Assembly (NCBI GenBank): GCA_021821305.1
Contig: JAKACP010000001.1
Span: 330,453-394,452, forward strand
Source: a bacterium
GTDB lineage: Bacteria; Patescibacteriota; Minisyncoccia; Moranbacterales; UBA1568
Length of the DNA stretch: 64,000 nucleotides
Direction: 5' to 3'
The stretch's first letter is position 1, and every line of letters starts with the position of its first letter. The notes beneath the pieces were generated by a model. That model saw only the letters and a list, made by a program, of their open reading frames with translations, was not told the DNA's origin and ran no database searches. Shown here in pieces: positions 20,968 to 32,333 of this stretch. The translations under genes were made by a program, and so were the position numbers.

Positions 20968-21150
20968 GTAACTGTACAAATTCTCATGTCGAGATGAAAT
21001 CCGAAAATTTCGAGCGAAAACCATGAACGTTGAGAAGGGATACTATCGTACCCCGACGAGACGTGAACGGTTTGCAGCCGAAATTTTCGGATTTCAGCCG
21101 GCAAGCGGAATTTTTCTTCTTATTCTTTCGGTGAGAATTTGGACAGTTAC
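20968..21150 (+). mobile_element. MITE-like structured repeat, copy 3
   Basis: TIR GTAACTGTACAAATTCTCA/TGAGAATTTGGACAGTTAC, TTA on both sides; same internal motifs as the other copies. Confidence 0.75.
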
Positions 21151-21262
21151 TTAGTATGCCGGGAGTATACCACGCCCGCCCGTTCTTGAAAATCCTCTTT
21201 GACAGGGCATTTCTCCGTGGTGTACACTTCCGGAAAGGATGACTTTTTCATGATCTGCCGCC

Positions 21263-21766
21263 ATGCCGGACATACTCTCCTTCCTTCCGAGCGTCGGGCT
21301 TTCCAAGGACATCGCCAGCATCCTCTCGTTCGTGTTCCTGTTCGCCGGCGTCGCCATCGCGGCCGGCTTCGTGTTCGGGCGCAACAAGCTCGTCAACATA
21401 TTCATCAATATCTATATCGCGCTCGCCTTCACGAAGGCGATGCCCGTGGACGATATCTCGTCTTCTCCGTATGCCGAGGCCATACTGTTCGTCGTCTTGC
21501 TCGTGTTCCTGACCGCGATCGACGAGCACCTGTTCGACCTCCACATCCCGAACGCTTCCTATGATATCTTCTGGCGTCTGTTCGTGATGAGTCTGCTCGT
21601 GGTGGGAATGGTGACGAGCGTACTCGTGACACTGCTTCCGAAAAAAGCCCTCGCCGCGATCCCGTTCCCGTTCCTGACTGATTTTTTCGGCTTGCCGGTG
21701 GCGCATATCCTCTGGCTCTTCGTGCCGCTCATCCTGCTTATTTTCATGAATAAAAGGCTTCGTTAA
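21263..21766 (+). CDS. Hypothetical multi-pass membrane protein
   Basis: About five hydrophobic segments. Confidence 0.75.
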   Translation: MPDILSFLPSVGLSKDIASILSFVFLFAGVAIAAGFVFGRNKLVNIFINIYIALAFTKAMPVDDISSSPYAEAILFVVLLVFLTAIDEHLFDLHIPNASYDIFWRLFVMSLLVVGMVTSVLVTLLPKKALAAIPFPFLTDFFGLPVAHILWLFVPLILLIFMNKRLR

Positions 21767-21839
21767 GCCATTGATAAGAGGGGATTCCCGTGGGATTTCC
21801 CGGGAGGGCCGGACCGGACGGCGAGCCCGGCAGGCCGAC

Positions 21840-21867
21840 TTGACAGCTTCCCGCAGGCCCCCTATAC
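21840..21867 (+). promoter_or_regulatory. rRNA promoter
   Basis: TTGACA-N16-TATACT about 190 nt upstream of 16S. Confidence 0.75.
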
Positions 21868-22053
21868 TTGTTAGGCAGTCTGAAGGAAGTACTGCTTCTT
21901 TTTTACTGTATTCCGCACATTTACAATCGATGGAGAAATCACAATTTTTTGTGGTTGGTCCTAAATTTCTTTGAGAAGGGTCATAGTCATCTTTGTAGGG
22001 TTTCCTTCGGGAAGCTCTACTCGGGGAAAACCTGTCTTCGGATAGATTTTCCT

Positions 22054-23550
<1,497 letters not shown>

Positions 23551-23791
23551 AGGGAGTAAACGGTGGGTGCCGGGTTTCTCGCAAGAGAAGTCCGGAACCA
23601 ACGAAGGTCGATCGTTCCGATTCGTCGGAACGATACCTTCTCAAAGAACTGGACCAACCACAAAAGATTGTGAATCTTGAAAAAACACCCATAATGGGTG
23701 TTTTTTTGCTTTTCTTGAGGGCTGTTTGACAAACTTCCGTGACGTTATATACTTATGAGTGAAAGAAAGGTAAACACATAAATCGGGACGT

Positions 23792-24442
23792 ATGGATATT
23801 CTCACGCCGAAGCAGAAAATCGTGTTGCAGGCGATCAAGGACTTCTTCTCCGAGAACGGGGAGATGCCGACGGTGCGCGAACTGCAGGGCCAGGCCGGGC
23901 GACTGGGGCTCAAGCTCAAGAGCCTCCGGAGTTTCTTCCTCTACTTAAACGAGCTCGAGGAAAAGGGCTACATCGAACGGACGAGCGAGGACCGGGGGAT
24001 CCGGCTCAAGGGAGTCACGAGCGAGAGTTTCCTCGACGTGCCGGTGTTCGGCATGGCGAACGCGGGCGCGGCGACGATGTTCGCGGACCAGTATATCGAA
24101 GGATACCTCAAGGTTTCCAAGAAAATCGTCCGCAACGCTCGGAGCGTCTACGCGATCCAGGTATCGGGGACATCCATGAACAAGGCCCGGGTGAATGGCA
24201 AGACCATCCAGAACGGGGACTTCATCCTCGTGGACTCCTCGTGGAATCACTATGACAACGGCGACAAGGTCTTAGTCGCGATCGACGGCCTCGCTACGGT
24301 CAAGACCTATCGGACGGTCGACGGGCGCAACATCGTCCTTCTCCCGGAGTCGACCGACAAGAAGCACAAGCCGATATTCCTCACCGACGAGGACGATTTC
24401 GTGATCAACGGCAAGGTGATCGACGTGCTCAAGATGAAATAG
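23792..24442 (+). CDS. lexA: LexA-family repressor/S24 peptidase
   Basis: LTPKQ...PTVREL wHTH, A-G cleavage site (NAG), catalytic Ser (GTSM) and Lys (ATVK); promoter TTGACA-N16-TATACT at 23726-23753. Confidence 0.85.
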   Translation: MDILTPKQKIVLQAIKDFFSENGEMPTVRELQGQAGRLGLKLKSLRSFFLYLNELEEKGYIERTSEDRGIRLKGVTSESFLDVPVFGMANAGAATMFADQYIEGYLKVSKKIVRNARSVYAIQVSGTSMNKARVNGKTIQNGDFILVDSSWNHYDNGDKVLVAIDGLATVKTYRTVDGRNIVLLPESTDKKHKPIFLTDEDDFVINGKVIDVLKMK

Positions 24443-24558
24443 GTATCCGATGACCGTCAGATCGAAAGCGCCCTCGCCGGGCGCTTTTTCGGTTCCTGGG
24501 TATGGTATAATTCGATCGTGAACGGACACGGATCGAAACAAAGACATCATACGGAACA

Positions 24559-25749
24559 ATGAAACACGCTGGCCTCTCCCTCTATCCGCGACAGCCACTC
24601 TGGTTCCTCCTCCGCGCATCCGCGCTCGTGGTGATCGGAACGATATTCTTCCTCCTCGTCACGGGGAAGAAGCTTTTCGGGCTGTCCGGACTCGAGCTGT
24701 TCTGGGTGGTGCTCATGCCGATCGCGGTGCTCACGATGTATTTCGCGCCGCTTTTGTGGCGCAACGTCTGCCCGCTGTCGACGGTGAGTCTGTGGCACTG
24801 GTCGCTCTTCGGTCGGAGGCGGCTCGAGCGCGAGGGGATGTCGGCGCGGATACTCACCGGGTGGCGCGCCGAGGCGCACGCGTTCCTGACGAAAAACGGG
24901 CTGATCGTGTCCGCCATCCTCTTTTGGATCATCGTGCCGCTCCGGATCCCGTTCTTCAACAGCGAGGCGCAGGCGACGCTGTGGCTCCTCGCGCTCGTGT
25001 TCCTCGCGGCGGCGGTGTTCGGATCGCTGTTTCCGGTCAAGAGCGGATGGTGCACGAGCATCTGCCCGGTGGCGGCCGTCGAGAAGGTCTATGGCTTGAA
25101 TCCCGCGGTACGGGTGAAGAACAACCGCTGTCACTACCGGAACAAGGAAACGGCCGCGGTGGCGAGCTGTAGCGGATGCTCGTTCAACTGCGGCGATGTC
25201 GTCGAGCCGGAGCATGCCTATTGGCAGGCGGAGAAGGGAGGCTTGTTCCATGACACGATCAACGCGGAAATGCGCAAAGTGTTCATCGGGAGCTTTCCCG
25301 GATTCATCCTCGCCTTTTACCTCTATGCGTCGAAGATACTCGTGCTTCCGGACGGGCTGGTCGAGGGTGTGCTCGTCCTCTATATGACGTTCGCCGCGTT
25401 CATGGGGATATCGGCCCTCATATACCTGCTCGCGAAACGGCGCCTGCGGGCCGGCGCGGAGCGTCGTGAGGGGGGCATGACACCGGGAACGGTTTCCCTC
25501 TCGTATGCGGTCTCCAAACGCCGTCTCGACATGGTATTCCTCACGGTCGCGATCAATGTCATCGCCGGGTTCGCCTTCAACTCCATCGTCGGGAAAGTGC
25601 TCCCGAAATGGTTCGCGCTCACGCCGGAAACGGGCACGGCGATCCTCGCTTCGCTCATCGCGGTCTTTTTTCTCGCCTCGCTCTACAGCCTCCGCAACGC
25701 CTGGAACGAAGGTCCGATGCCGGGACAGTATCGTCCGTCGTGGTGGTAA
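24559..25749 (+). CDS. Polytopic membrane protein with Fe-S-binding-type motifs (NapH/MauN/Fer4_5-like)
   Basis: WRNVCP, WCTSICP and CSGCSFNC motifs among multiple TMs. Confidence 0.7.
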   Translation: MKHAGLSLYPRQPLWFLLRASALVVIGTIFFLLVTGKKLFGLSGLELFWVVLMPIAVLTMYFAPLLWRNVCPLSTVSLWHWSLFGRRRLEREGMSARILTGWRAEAHAFLTKNGLIVSAILFWIIVPLRIPFFNSEAQATLWLLALVFLAAAVFGSLFPVKSGWCTSICPVAAVEKVYGLNPAVRVKNNRCHYRNKETAAVASCSGCSFNCGDVVEPEHAYWQAEKGGLFHDTINAEMRKVFIGSFPGFILAFYLYASKILVLPDGLVEGVLVLYMTFAAFMGISALIYLLAKRRLRAGAERREGGMTPGTVSLSYAVSKRRLDMVFLTVAINVIAGFAFNSIVGKVLPKWFALTPETGTAILASLIAVFFLASLYSLRNAWNEGPMPGQYRPSWW

Positions 25750-26446
25750 AGTAAAAGCCCCCGGAAGCGGACTCGTGTGAGTGCTTGGCGGGGGCGATTG
25801 AGGGGATACATCGTTGATGGATCTCCCGGGAGCTGAAAGGATGAAGATCCTTGCGGGCTATGGGGTGGCGGGAATGTTTCCTGCCAGAGTCTCTGTCTTT
25901 TCCTTCCGGATATTTTTCCTGTCTTTCGACGTGTGTCGCTACCGCGATGGTCCGGTTCATGGGAGAATCGGATCGTTTTTTTTGGTTGCGGAGGTTGGGA
26001 AAAACGGATGGGGGAGGGAGGGGACGGGAGACTGGGAGAGGGAGCGGATGAGTGGTGCGGGAAAAAAAGGATTCCGCGCGGATCCATCCGACAAAAGATT
26101 GTGAAAAAGCGACCGCTTCCTCCTTGCAAAAATGATCCGAAGATCCGACATTAAGGCAGAAATGATTTCTATCGCCAATGAAGGGCGAGCCTGTCGGAAA
26201 CGGATATTCCCCGAAGGGAGTGCGAGGGATGAAAGAGCGGCCCTCGCGGGCAGCATGGAAGGAAGCAGTGGTTTCGGGGAAAGCCTGTTTCCCGAAAACC
26301 GCTGCCCCCTTCACCGCATTCCGGAGGGAAAGTCACTCTATGATATCGGGAGAAACTTGTCAAGAGCGGTTTGCCGGAAAAGAAAACCAGGCTCGCCGGG
26401 GAGGCGGACCTGGAATTCGGAAGGATTCCGAAGAAACGGCCAAAGG

Positions 26447-26518
26447 GGTGACTAGAGGGAATCGAACCCTCATTCATGGTACCACAAACCATTGTCCTGC
26501 CATTGAACGATAGTCACC
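26447..26518 (-). tRNA. tRNA-His(GTG)
   Basis: Anticodon loop TTGTGGT, encoded G-1 and C73. Confidence 0.93.
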
Positions 26519-26554
26519 CCTTCACTCGCTTCTTTTCGGAGTACTGCTTCCTTG

Positions 26555-26626
26555 TGCCCTCGGCAGGAATCGAACCTGCATCAAGGGCTTAGAAGACCCC
26601 TGCTCTATCCATTGAGCTACAAGGGC
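26555..26626 (-). tRNA. tRNA-Arg(TCT)
   Basis: Anticodon loop CTTCTAA. Confidence 0.93.
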
Positions 26627-26634
26627 AAACCGGG

Positions 26635-26707
26635 TGGGTCGTGGAGGATTCGAACCTCCGACCGTTGGCTTAAGAGGCCACTGCTCTACCAACTGAGCTA
26701 ACGACCC
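26635..26707 (-). tRNA. tRNA-Lys(CTT)
   Basis: Anticodon loop CTCTTAA. Confidence 0.93.
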
Positions 26708-26856
26708 GAAACGCAAAAAAAAACGATGTCCCAGGAAAGACTTCTCACAAGATACCGTAAAAGCAGGGCTCTGTCAAACGCCGAAAATCCTGTTGACGCG
26801 GGCTCTCTTTCACGGTACAACGTATGAGTGGCTCGCCGATCATTCGGCTGAAAAAC

Positions 26857-26902
26857 GCTCCTGTGGTGAAATGCCTGCTTGTCGGCAGACAGGGATATCA
26901 CA
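26857..26902 (+). pseudogene. tRNA 5' fragment interrupted by a palindrome
   Basis: GCTCCTGTGGTGAAATG[CCTGCTTGTCGGCAGACAGG]GATATCACA; removing the bracketed part restores an acceptor strand plus D-arm. Confidence 0.55.
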
Positions 26903-26910
26903 AGGGTGAT

Positions 26911-26982
26911 GCCCCGATAGCTCAACGGATAGAGTACCGGTCTTCGGAACCGAGGATGGGGGTTCGATTCCCTCTCGGGGCA
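26911..26982 (+). tRNA. tRNA-Arg(TCG)
   Basis: Anticodon loop CTTCGGA. Confidence 0.92.
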
Positions 26983-27001
26983 CAATAAGTTGGGAGTGTC
27001 G

Positions 27002-28303
27002 TCAGTCCTGGTCTTCCTGCGGAACGTCCTTGGGAATGGTCGCGTAGGCGGCCCGAAGTTTGGCTTCGTAGTCGGCTTTCTGAACGAGGTATTCGGACCA
27101 CTGCTTCTTGGTCCATGATTTCGGTTTTTCGGACAGTATCTCGAATTTCGGATAGAGATCGGGAGATCGGTAATTGCTCGGGAAAGCGTCGTCGATGATC
27201 ACGTTTCCCGAGGCGTCGACCACCTTCTGTGAGAAGGTCGTCTTCATGCTGCCGTCCGGATTCGACTCGAGGACGTGCGGACCATCGATCGAGACGGAAC
27301 GACCGTCCTTGGTCCCGTAGAAACGGAAGGCGAGTTGGGTTCCTTCGATGGCGGCTTGGATGAGTATGTGATTCGGCGTGTTGTTGACGAATTTTAGGTC
27401 AGGGCTGGGTATATAGATGGTGGCGTCGAAGCCGTATGGTTTGTAGTATTTCACCGGATAGGCATGATTCTTCCTGCCTGTTACCTTGAAGCCCGCGTTG
27501 ATGGCCGCGCGGAACACCGTGGTGGAGACCTGGCAGATACCGCCGCCGAATTCCGGTTCGGTCTTGTTGTATTTGATCACGAGCTCCGGCAGGTATCCGT
27601 TCGCTCCGTCGACCTCTCCGAGATATTCCACGAAGGAGAATTCCTGACCCGGCGCGAGAAGGAGTCCGTGGTACTGTTTCATCGCCCGTTTGATATTGTA
27701 CAATCGGTTTTTCGGTGATCCAGCGAAGTCGGTGACCCCTTCGCTGACGAGCTCCCGGAGTCCGAGCTTCTCCATGTCTGTCGAAGCGATCATCGGCGCT
27801 ATCTTTTCCGACGGGAGCACCGCGGTGTCCCGGCCGTCCTCGATGGCCGCAAGGATGGCGGCCGTCGCCGCTTCGGCGTCCATGCGGATGCCCTCCTCGC
27901 TCGGTTCGACGACGACGATGCGCCGTTCGGTATCCTCGCCGAACACCGCGTTTTTCGGATCCCGGTTCGCTCTCGAAACGATGGTCTCGACATAGGAGCG
28001 GACCTGCGCCGAATCGACGCGTTCGGTGACGCGGACAGCGGTCGTCTCCCGGCTCTGCCGCGACATGGTCCACTGGCAGAGGATCGGAGCCTCGCAGAAC
28101 GATATGTTCTCGATTTCCGACCGGGTATCCGATTTCGGGACGAGGATCGTGTCGACGAAGGTGAAGGAGGACAGGGTATCCGTCGGTATCTCCTCGCGGA
28201 AGGATCCCGACTCGACCGTCAATGCCGCCGCAGGCGAAGCCAAAAGGGTTCCTGCGATCAGCAGGCCGTATGAGAGCATGGTTGGGGAAGTGCGGTTCGT
28301 CAT
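27002..28303 (-). CDS. VanW-family exported protein
   Basis: GGGICQVSTT, DATIY, DLKFVN; signal peptide. Confidence 0.87.
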   Translation of the reverse strand: MTNRTSPTMLSYGLLIAGTLLASPAAALTVESGSFREEIPTDTLSSFTFVDTILVPKSDTRSEIENISFCEAPILCQWTMSRQSRETTAVRVTERVDSAQVRSYVETIVSRANRDPKNAVFGEDTERRIVVVEPSEEGIRMDAEAATAAILAAIEDGRDTAVLPSEKIAPMIASTDMEKLGLRELVSEGVTDFAGSPKNRLYNIKRAMKQYHGLLLAPGQEFSFVEYLGEVDGANGYLPELVIKYNKTEPEFGGGICQVSTTVFRAAINAGFKVTGRKNHAYPVKYYKPYGFDATIYIPSPDLKFVNNTPNHILIQAAIEGTQLAFRFYGTKDGRSVSIDGPHVLESNPDGSMKTTFSQKVVDASGNVIIDDAFPSNYRSPDLYPKFEILSEKPKSWTKKQWSEYLVQKADYEAKLRAAYATIPKDVPQEDQD

Positions 28304-28413
28304 ACCGTTTGTGTTCTCCTGATTGTAGCGGTTTTTTCGGAAATTGGGAAGAAAGACGGAAAGCCCGGTCCGACGGAACGTAGACCGGGCTAAGTAACTG
28401 AATGCGTTATCGG

Positions 28414-28992
28414 TCAGAATCCGCGGACCTGGATCTTCTTGACCTTGGTCGTGTCGGCCTTGGGGAGACGTATGGTGAGGATGCCGTTCTTGAGCGATGC
28501 GTCGGCTTTGTCCGGGATCACGTCGACCGGAAGGAGCACCGACCGGGAGAATCCGCCCCAGTAGCATTCCTGGTAGTAATAGTTGCCGTTGTCGACGACC
28601 TCCTCGTTCCGCCGTTCGCCCTTGATGGTGACCATGTCGTTGTTGATGGTCACGTCGAGGTCCTCCGGCTTGACGCCCGCGATCGTGGATTTGATGACGA
28701 TTTCCATTTCGGTCTGGTAGACGTCGATCGTGAGCTGTCCCTCGGCGTCGTTTTCGGAGGGCATGGTCTGCGGTTGGACTTGCGGCTGCATCTGGGCCTG
28801 GTAGGCCGGGGTGCTCCAGGCAGGCTGGGATTCCATGGGCATGGCCGGCTCGCTCTCGGTACGCATCGAGAACTGCGAAGTCTCTTCTTCCTCGTATATC
28901 GGGACGGAGGCGCCGTCGGAGGAATCGCCCTCATCCATGCGCTTGGCACCGGTCAGACGTTCGAAAAATGACTTCTTTTCCTTGGTAGCCAT
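28414..28992 (-). CDS. Hsp20/alpha-crystallin small heat shock protein
   Basis: IDVYQT, ECYWGGFSRSVLLP, KNGILTIRLPK. Confidence 0.92.
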   Translation of the reverse strand: MATKEKKSFFERLTGAKRMDEGDSSDGASVPIYEEEETSQFSMRTESEPAMPMESQPAWSTPAYQAQMQPQVQPQTMPSENDAEGQLTIDVYQTEMEIVIKSTIAGVKPEDLDVTINNDMVTIKGERRNEEVVDNGNYYYQECYWGGFSRSVLLPVDVIPDKADASLKNGILTIRLPKADTTKVKKIQVRGF

Positions 28993-29044
28993 AGGATATT
29001 TCGTTTATCGCGGTTATGAGGATAGTATAGGAAATTTCGGCTTT

Positions 29045-29500
29045 CTACGCAAGGAAGACGTTGTAGAAGAAGTGGAGGAGGGTGCCGAGCAGGAATGAGG
29101 CCGGCCAGAGGAGTTTCGGGATATTCTGCCTGACGGCGTACCCGTAGAGGAGGGCGGTCACGAGATGGAGGGTGGGAATGCCGACGAGCGCCGGGACGGG
29201 CATCTCGGGAAACATGGCCCGAGCGATGAATATCTCGGTTCCGCCGAATCCGATGCCGAAAAGAACGAGGGAAAGCGTGAAGGCCGCTTCGCTCGGGAAT
29301 CTTCGGATGAGCTTTCCGATCGTCGCGAGCTTCACGGATTCCTCGATGATCGCGAAGACGAGCAGTCCGAGGAACGGTGCGAAGAAGGTCCAGTCGTTCC
29401 CGGAGGGGGCGGGAACGATTTCCGCGATGAGGCTCGCGGCGAGCTCGAGGAATCCCGCGGCGACCGCGGCGAGGACTCCCATGATGAGGTAGGTCGGCAT
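29045..29500 (-). CDS. PrsW-like intramembrane metalloprotease-family protein
   Basis: EESVK, GFGGTE, H...LHFFYN motifs in TMs. Confidence 0.7.
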   Translation of the reverse strand: MPTYLIMGVLAAVAAGFLELAASLIAEIVPAPSGNDWTFFAPFLGLLVFAIIEESVKLATIGKLIRRFPSEAAFTLSLVLFGIGFGGTEIFIARAMFPEMPVPALVGIPTLHLVTALLYGYAVRQNIPKLLWPASFLLGTLLHFFYNVFLA

Positions 29501-29509
29501 ACGATGCGG

Positions 29510-32182
29510 TTACGAGAGGGATGCGACGTGCTCCCGGAGTTCGCCGGCTTTCGCCCGGGTTTCTTCGAGGAGTGTCTTCGTGCTCTCGACGATTTCCTTG
29601 GGGGCGCGGTCGGCGAAGGCGGGATTGCCGAGTTTCGATTCGAGTGACGCCGCGTATTTTTCCGTCTGCGCGAGGTCGGCTTCGAGCCGGGCTTTTTCCT
29701 TGGCGATGTCGATCACGCCTTCGAGGTGGAGGAATGCCTGGAGGAGTCCGACCTGAATGAGGAGCGAATTTTTCGGGGTGTCGGCGGAGCTGTCGATGCT
29801 CCGTATCTCACCTATGCGCGCGATTCGTTTAATAATTTCCTCATTGTCGTGGATGGTATTTTTATGACGGATTGTTCGTTCTGATGCGCCTCGAGCGCTC
29901 AACACCATTTTTATGGCAGGGTCGATGTGGTAGGTCGCGCGGATATTGCGGATGGCCGTGATGAGTCCTTTGACGAGCTCGAACCGATTTGCGTCCGCAA
30001 TCATCTTGTGAGTGGATTCAAATACGGGCCACTTGGCGATCATGAGGAATTCGCTCTTATCAAGATGGAATGTCTGATGGATCGCTTCGGTGACGAAGGG
30101 CATGAACGGATGCCAGAGCTTGAGGATGACGTCGAAGGCGTGGCGCAGGAGCGCGTCGTTTTTTTCGATCTTATGGACTTCGACATACCAGTCGGCGAAA
30201 TCGCCCCAGGTGAAATCGCGGAGCTCTTCGGTCGCGAGCGAGAGTTCGTAGCGGTCGAGATGACGCGTGACGCTCGCGGCGACCTCTTCGAGTTTCCGCA
30301 TGATGTATCGGTCGGCGTCGGATCGCGGTTCGGGTGCGGCGTCCGTTTCCGCGCTCATCGTGCCGATATAGCGGGCGAGATTCCAGAGTTTGTTCGTGAA
30401 GTTGCGCATCGCGACGATCTTCTCGTCCGAGAGTTTCACGTCGTTGCCGGGTGTCGATCCGGATATGAGCGCCATCCGGAGTGCGTCGGCGCCGTGGACT
30501 TCCGAGACATCGAGGGGATCGATGATATTGCCGAGGCTCTTGGACATCTTGCGTCCCTCGGCGTCGCGGACGAGGCCATGGAGGTAGACTTTTTCGAATG
30601 GGGGCATCCCGATGAAGTATTCGCTCATGAGGATCATCCGCGCGACCCAGAAGAAGAGGATGTCGTAGCCGGTCTCGAGGAGGTTGGTCGGGTGGTAGGT
30701 CTTGAAGTCGTTCGCTTCGGTATCGGGCCAGCCGAGCGTCGAAAACGTCCACAGTCCCGATGAGAACCACGTGTCGAGCGTGTCCTGATCCTGTTCCCAG
30801 CCGTCGCCTTGGGGGGCGTCGATGCCGCAGAAGATCTCCTCGCCCCGATACCACACGGGTATCCGATGCCCGAACCAGATCTGCCGCGAGATGCACCAGT
30901 CGCGGAGGTTGTCGATCCAGTGGAAATAGGTCTTGGCGAACCGGTCGGGGAGGATGGCGATATCGCCGGATGAGACGGCCTCGCGCATGAGCTCCTTGAG
31001 CGAGACCTGCCGTCCGTTCTTTTCGAATTCCTTGTTCACGTCGATGAACCACTGCTTCATGGGCAGGACTTCGACGACGTCCTTGAACCGGTCGCTCGTG
31101 CCGACGCTCTGGTCGACCTCTTCCTCGTGTTCGAGGAGCCCGGCCGCCCTGAGCGAGGCGATGACCTTTGCGCGCGCGTCCGCCACGGAGAGTCCGGCAT
31201 AGGCGTCGCCCGCCCATCGTGTCATTGCCCCGTCTGTCCCGATGACCGCCTCGTCCGCGGGGGCGAAGGCGATCTCGGCTTTGTGCCGGAGGTAGAAATC
31301 ATAGTCCGTGTGGCTGTGCGCCGGGGTGATGCCGACCGCACCGGTGCCGAACGCGGGGTCGACCATCTCGTCGGCGATGATCCGGATGGAGAGGTTCGGG
31401 CCGCCCGCGAAGGACCCGATCTCGTAGGTCTTGCCGACGAATTCACGGTATCGCTCGTCGTCCGGATGCACCGCGACGGCGGTATCGCCGAGCTTGGTTT
31501 CCGGCCGGGTCGTCGCGATAGCGATGGGGAAATCTTCGGAGTACCTGAAGGTAGAGAGTGTCGCCTTGCGGTCGATGTAGACAAGCTCGTCGTCGGAGCA
31601 GGTGGACTGTCCTTTCACGGACCAGTTGACGGTCCGATAGCCGCGGTAGATGAGTCCGTCGTCATACATCCGTTTGAACGCGGTGCGGACGGCGAGGGAG
31701 CGTTTCTCATCGAGGGTATAGGCTTCGCGCGACCAGTCGACCGAGGAGCCGAGCTTCTCGATCTGATGCTTGATACGATCATGGCTTTCCCGGGCGAATG
31801 TCTCGAGACGCGCGAGGAACTCCTCGCGGCTGAAGTCGTAGCGTGTCTTTTTCTCCTCCTGCCAGAGGATGTCCTCGACCTTGCTCTGCGTCGCGACGGC
31901 GGCGTGGTCGGTGCCGGGGAGCCAGAGCGTCCGGTCGCCTCTCATGCGGTGATAGCGGACAATCGTGTCCTCGATCGCGAGCATGGCGGCGTGTCCCGCA
32001 TGGAGGACGCCGGTCACGTTCGGCGGCGGGAGCACGATGGAAAACGTCGGTTTCGTCGCGTCCGTGACGCCCGCTTCGATGCATCGGTCCGGATCGAAAA
32101 ACCCGCTCTCCGTCCATCTGCGGTAGAGATCGTCCTCCCACTCTTTGGGGGTATATGCCTTGGGGATGTCGGTTTCGTTCAT
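29510..32182 (-). CDS. valS: Valine--tRNA ligase
   Basis: PPPNVTG-LHAGH, DWCISRQ, DTWFSS, KMSKS, C-terminal coiled coil. Confidence 0.96.
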   Translation of the reverse strand: MNETDIPKAYTPKEWEDDLYRRWTESGFFDPDRCIEAGVTDATKPTFSIVLPPPNVTGVLHAGHAAMLAIEDTIVRYHRMRGDRTLWLPGTDHAAVATQSKVEDILWQEEKKTRYDFSREEFLARLETFARESHDRIKHQIEKLGSSVDWSREAYTLDEKRSLAVRTAFKRMYDDGLIYRGYRTVNWSVKGQSTCSDDELVYIDRKATLSTFRYSEDFPIAIATTRPETKLGDTAVAVHPDDERYREFVGKTYEIGSFAGGPNLSIRIIADEMVDPAFGTGAVGITPAHSHTDYDFYLRHKAEIAFAPADEAVIGTDGAMTRWAGDAYAGLSVADARAKVIASLRAAGLLEHEEEVDQSVGTSDRFKDVVEVLPMKQWFIDVNKEFEKNGRQVSLKELMREAVSSGDIAILPDRFAKTYFHWIDNLRDWCISRQIWFGHRIPVWYRGEEIFCGIDAPQGDGWEQDQDTLDTWFSSGLWTFSTLGWPDTEANDFKTYHPTNLLETGYDILFFWVARMILMSEYFIGMPPFEKVYLHGLVRDAEGRKMSKSLGNIIDPLDVSEVHGADALRMALISGSTPGNDVKLSDEKIVAMRNFTNKLWNLARYIGTMSAETDAAPEPRSDADRYIMRKLEEVAASVTRHLDRYELSLATEELRDFTWGDFADWYVEVHKIEKNDALLRHAFDVILKLWHPFMPFVTEAIHQTFHLDKSEFLMIAKWPVFESTHKMIADANRFELVKGLITAIRNIRATYHIDPAIKMVLSARGASERTIRHKNTIHDNEEIIKRIARIGEIRSIDSSADTPKNSLLIQVGLLQAFLHLEGVIDIAKEKARLEADLAQTEKYAASLESKLGNPAFADRAPKEIVESTKTLLEETRAKAGELREHVASLS

Positions 32183-32333
32183 AGTCGAATGAAGACTCCA
32201 CGGATCGTGGATCCTTATGTTTCCCACGATAGCAGGAAAAAGGCGGTGTTTCAAGGAAAAAAGAAAACCGCCGGGCGTGGCCATGCGGTTCGATCGTGTT
32301 TTTACAGGTGGGAGCCGCTGGTTCTGTCTTATG

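Noticed and set aside
23720-23790. Possible LexA (SOS) box upstream of lexA
   Set aside because: Only a weak AAC-N9-GTT; no convincing palindrome or second occurrence to support it.
26321-26340. GGAGGGAAAGTCAC resembling the RNase P RNA signature
   Set aside because: Does not match GAGGAAAGTCC, and no 3' conserved P4 partner motif was found.
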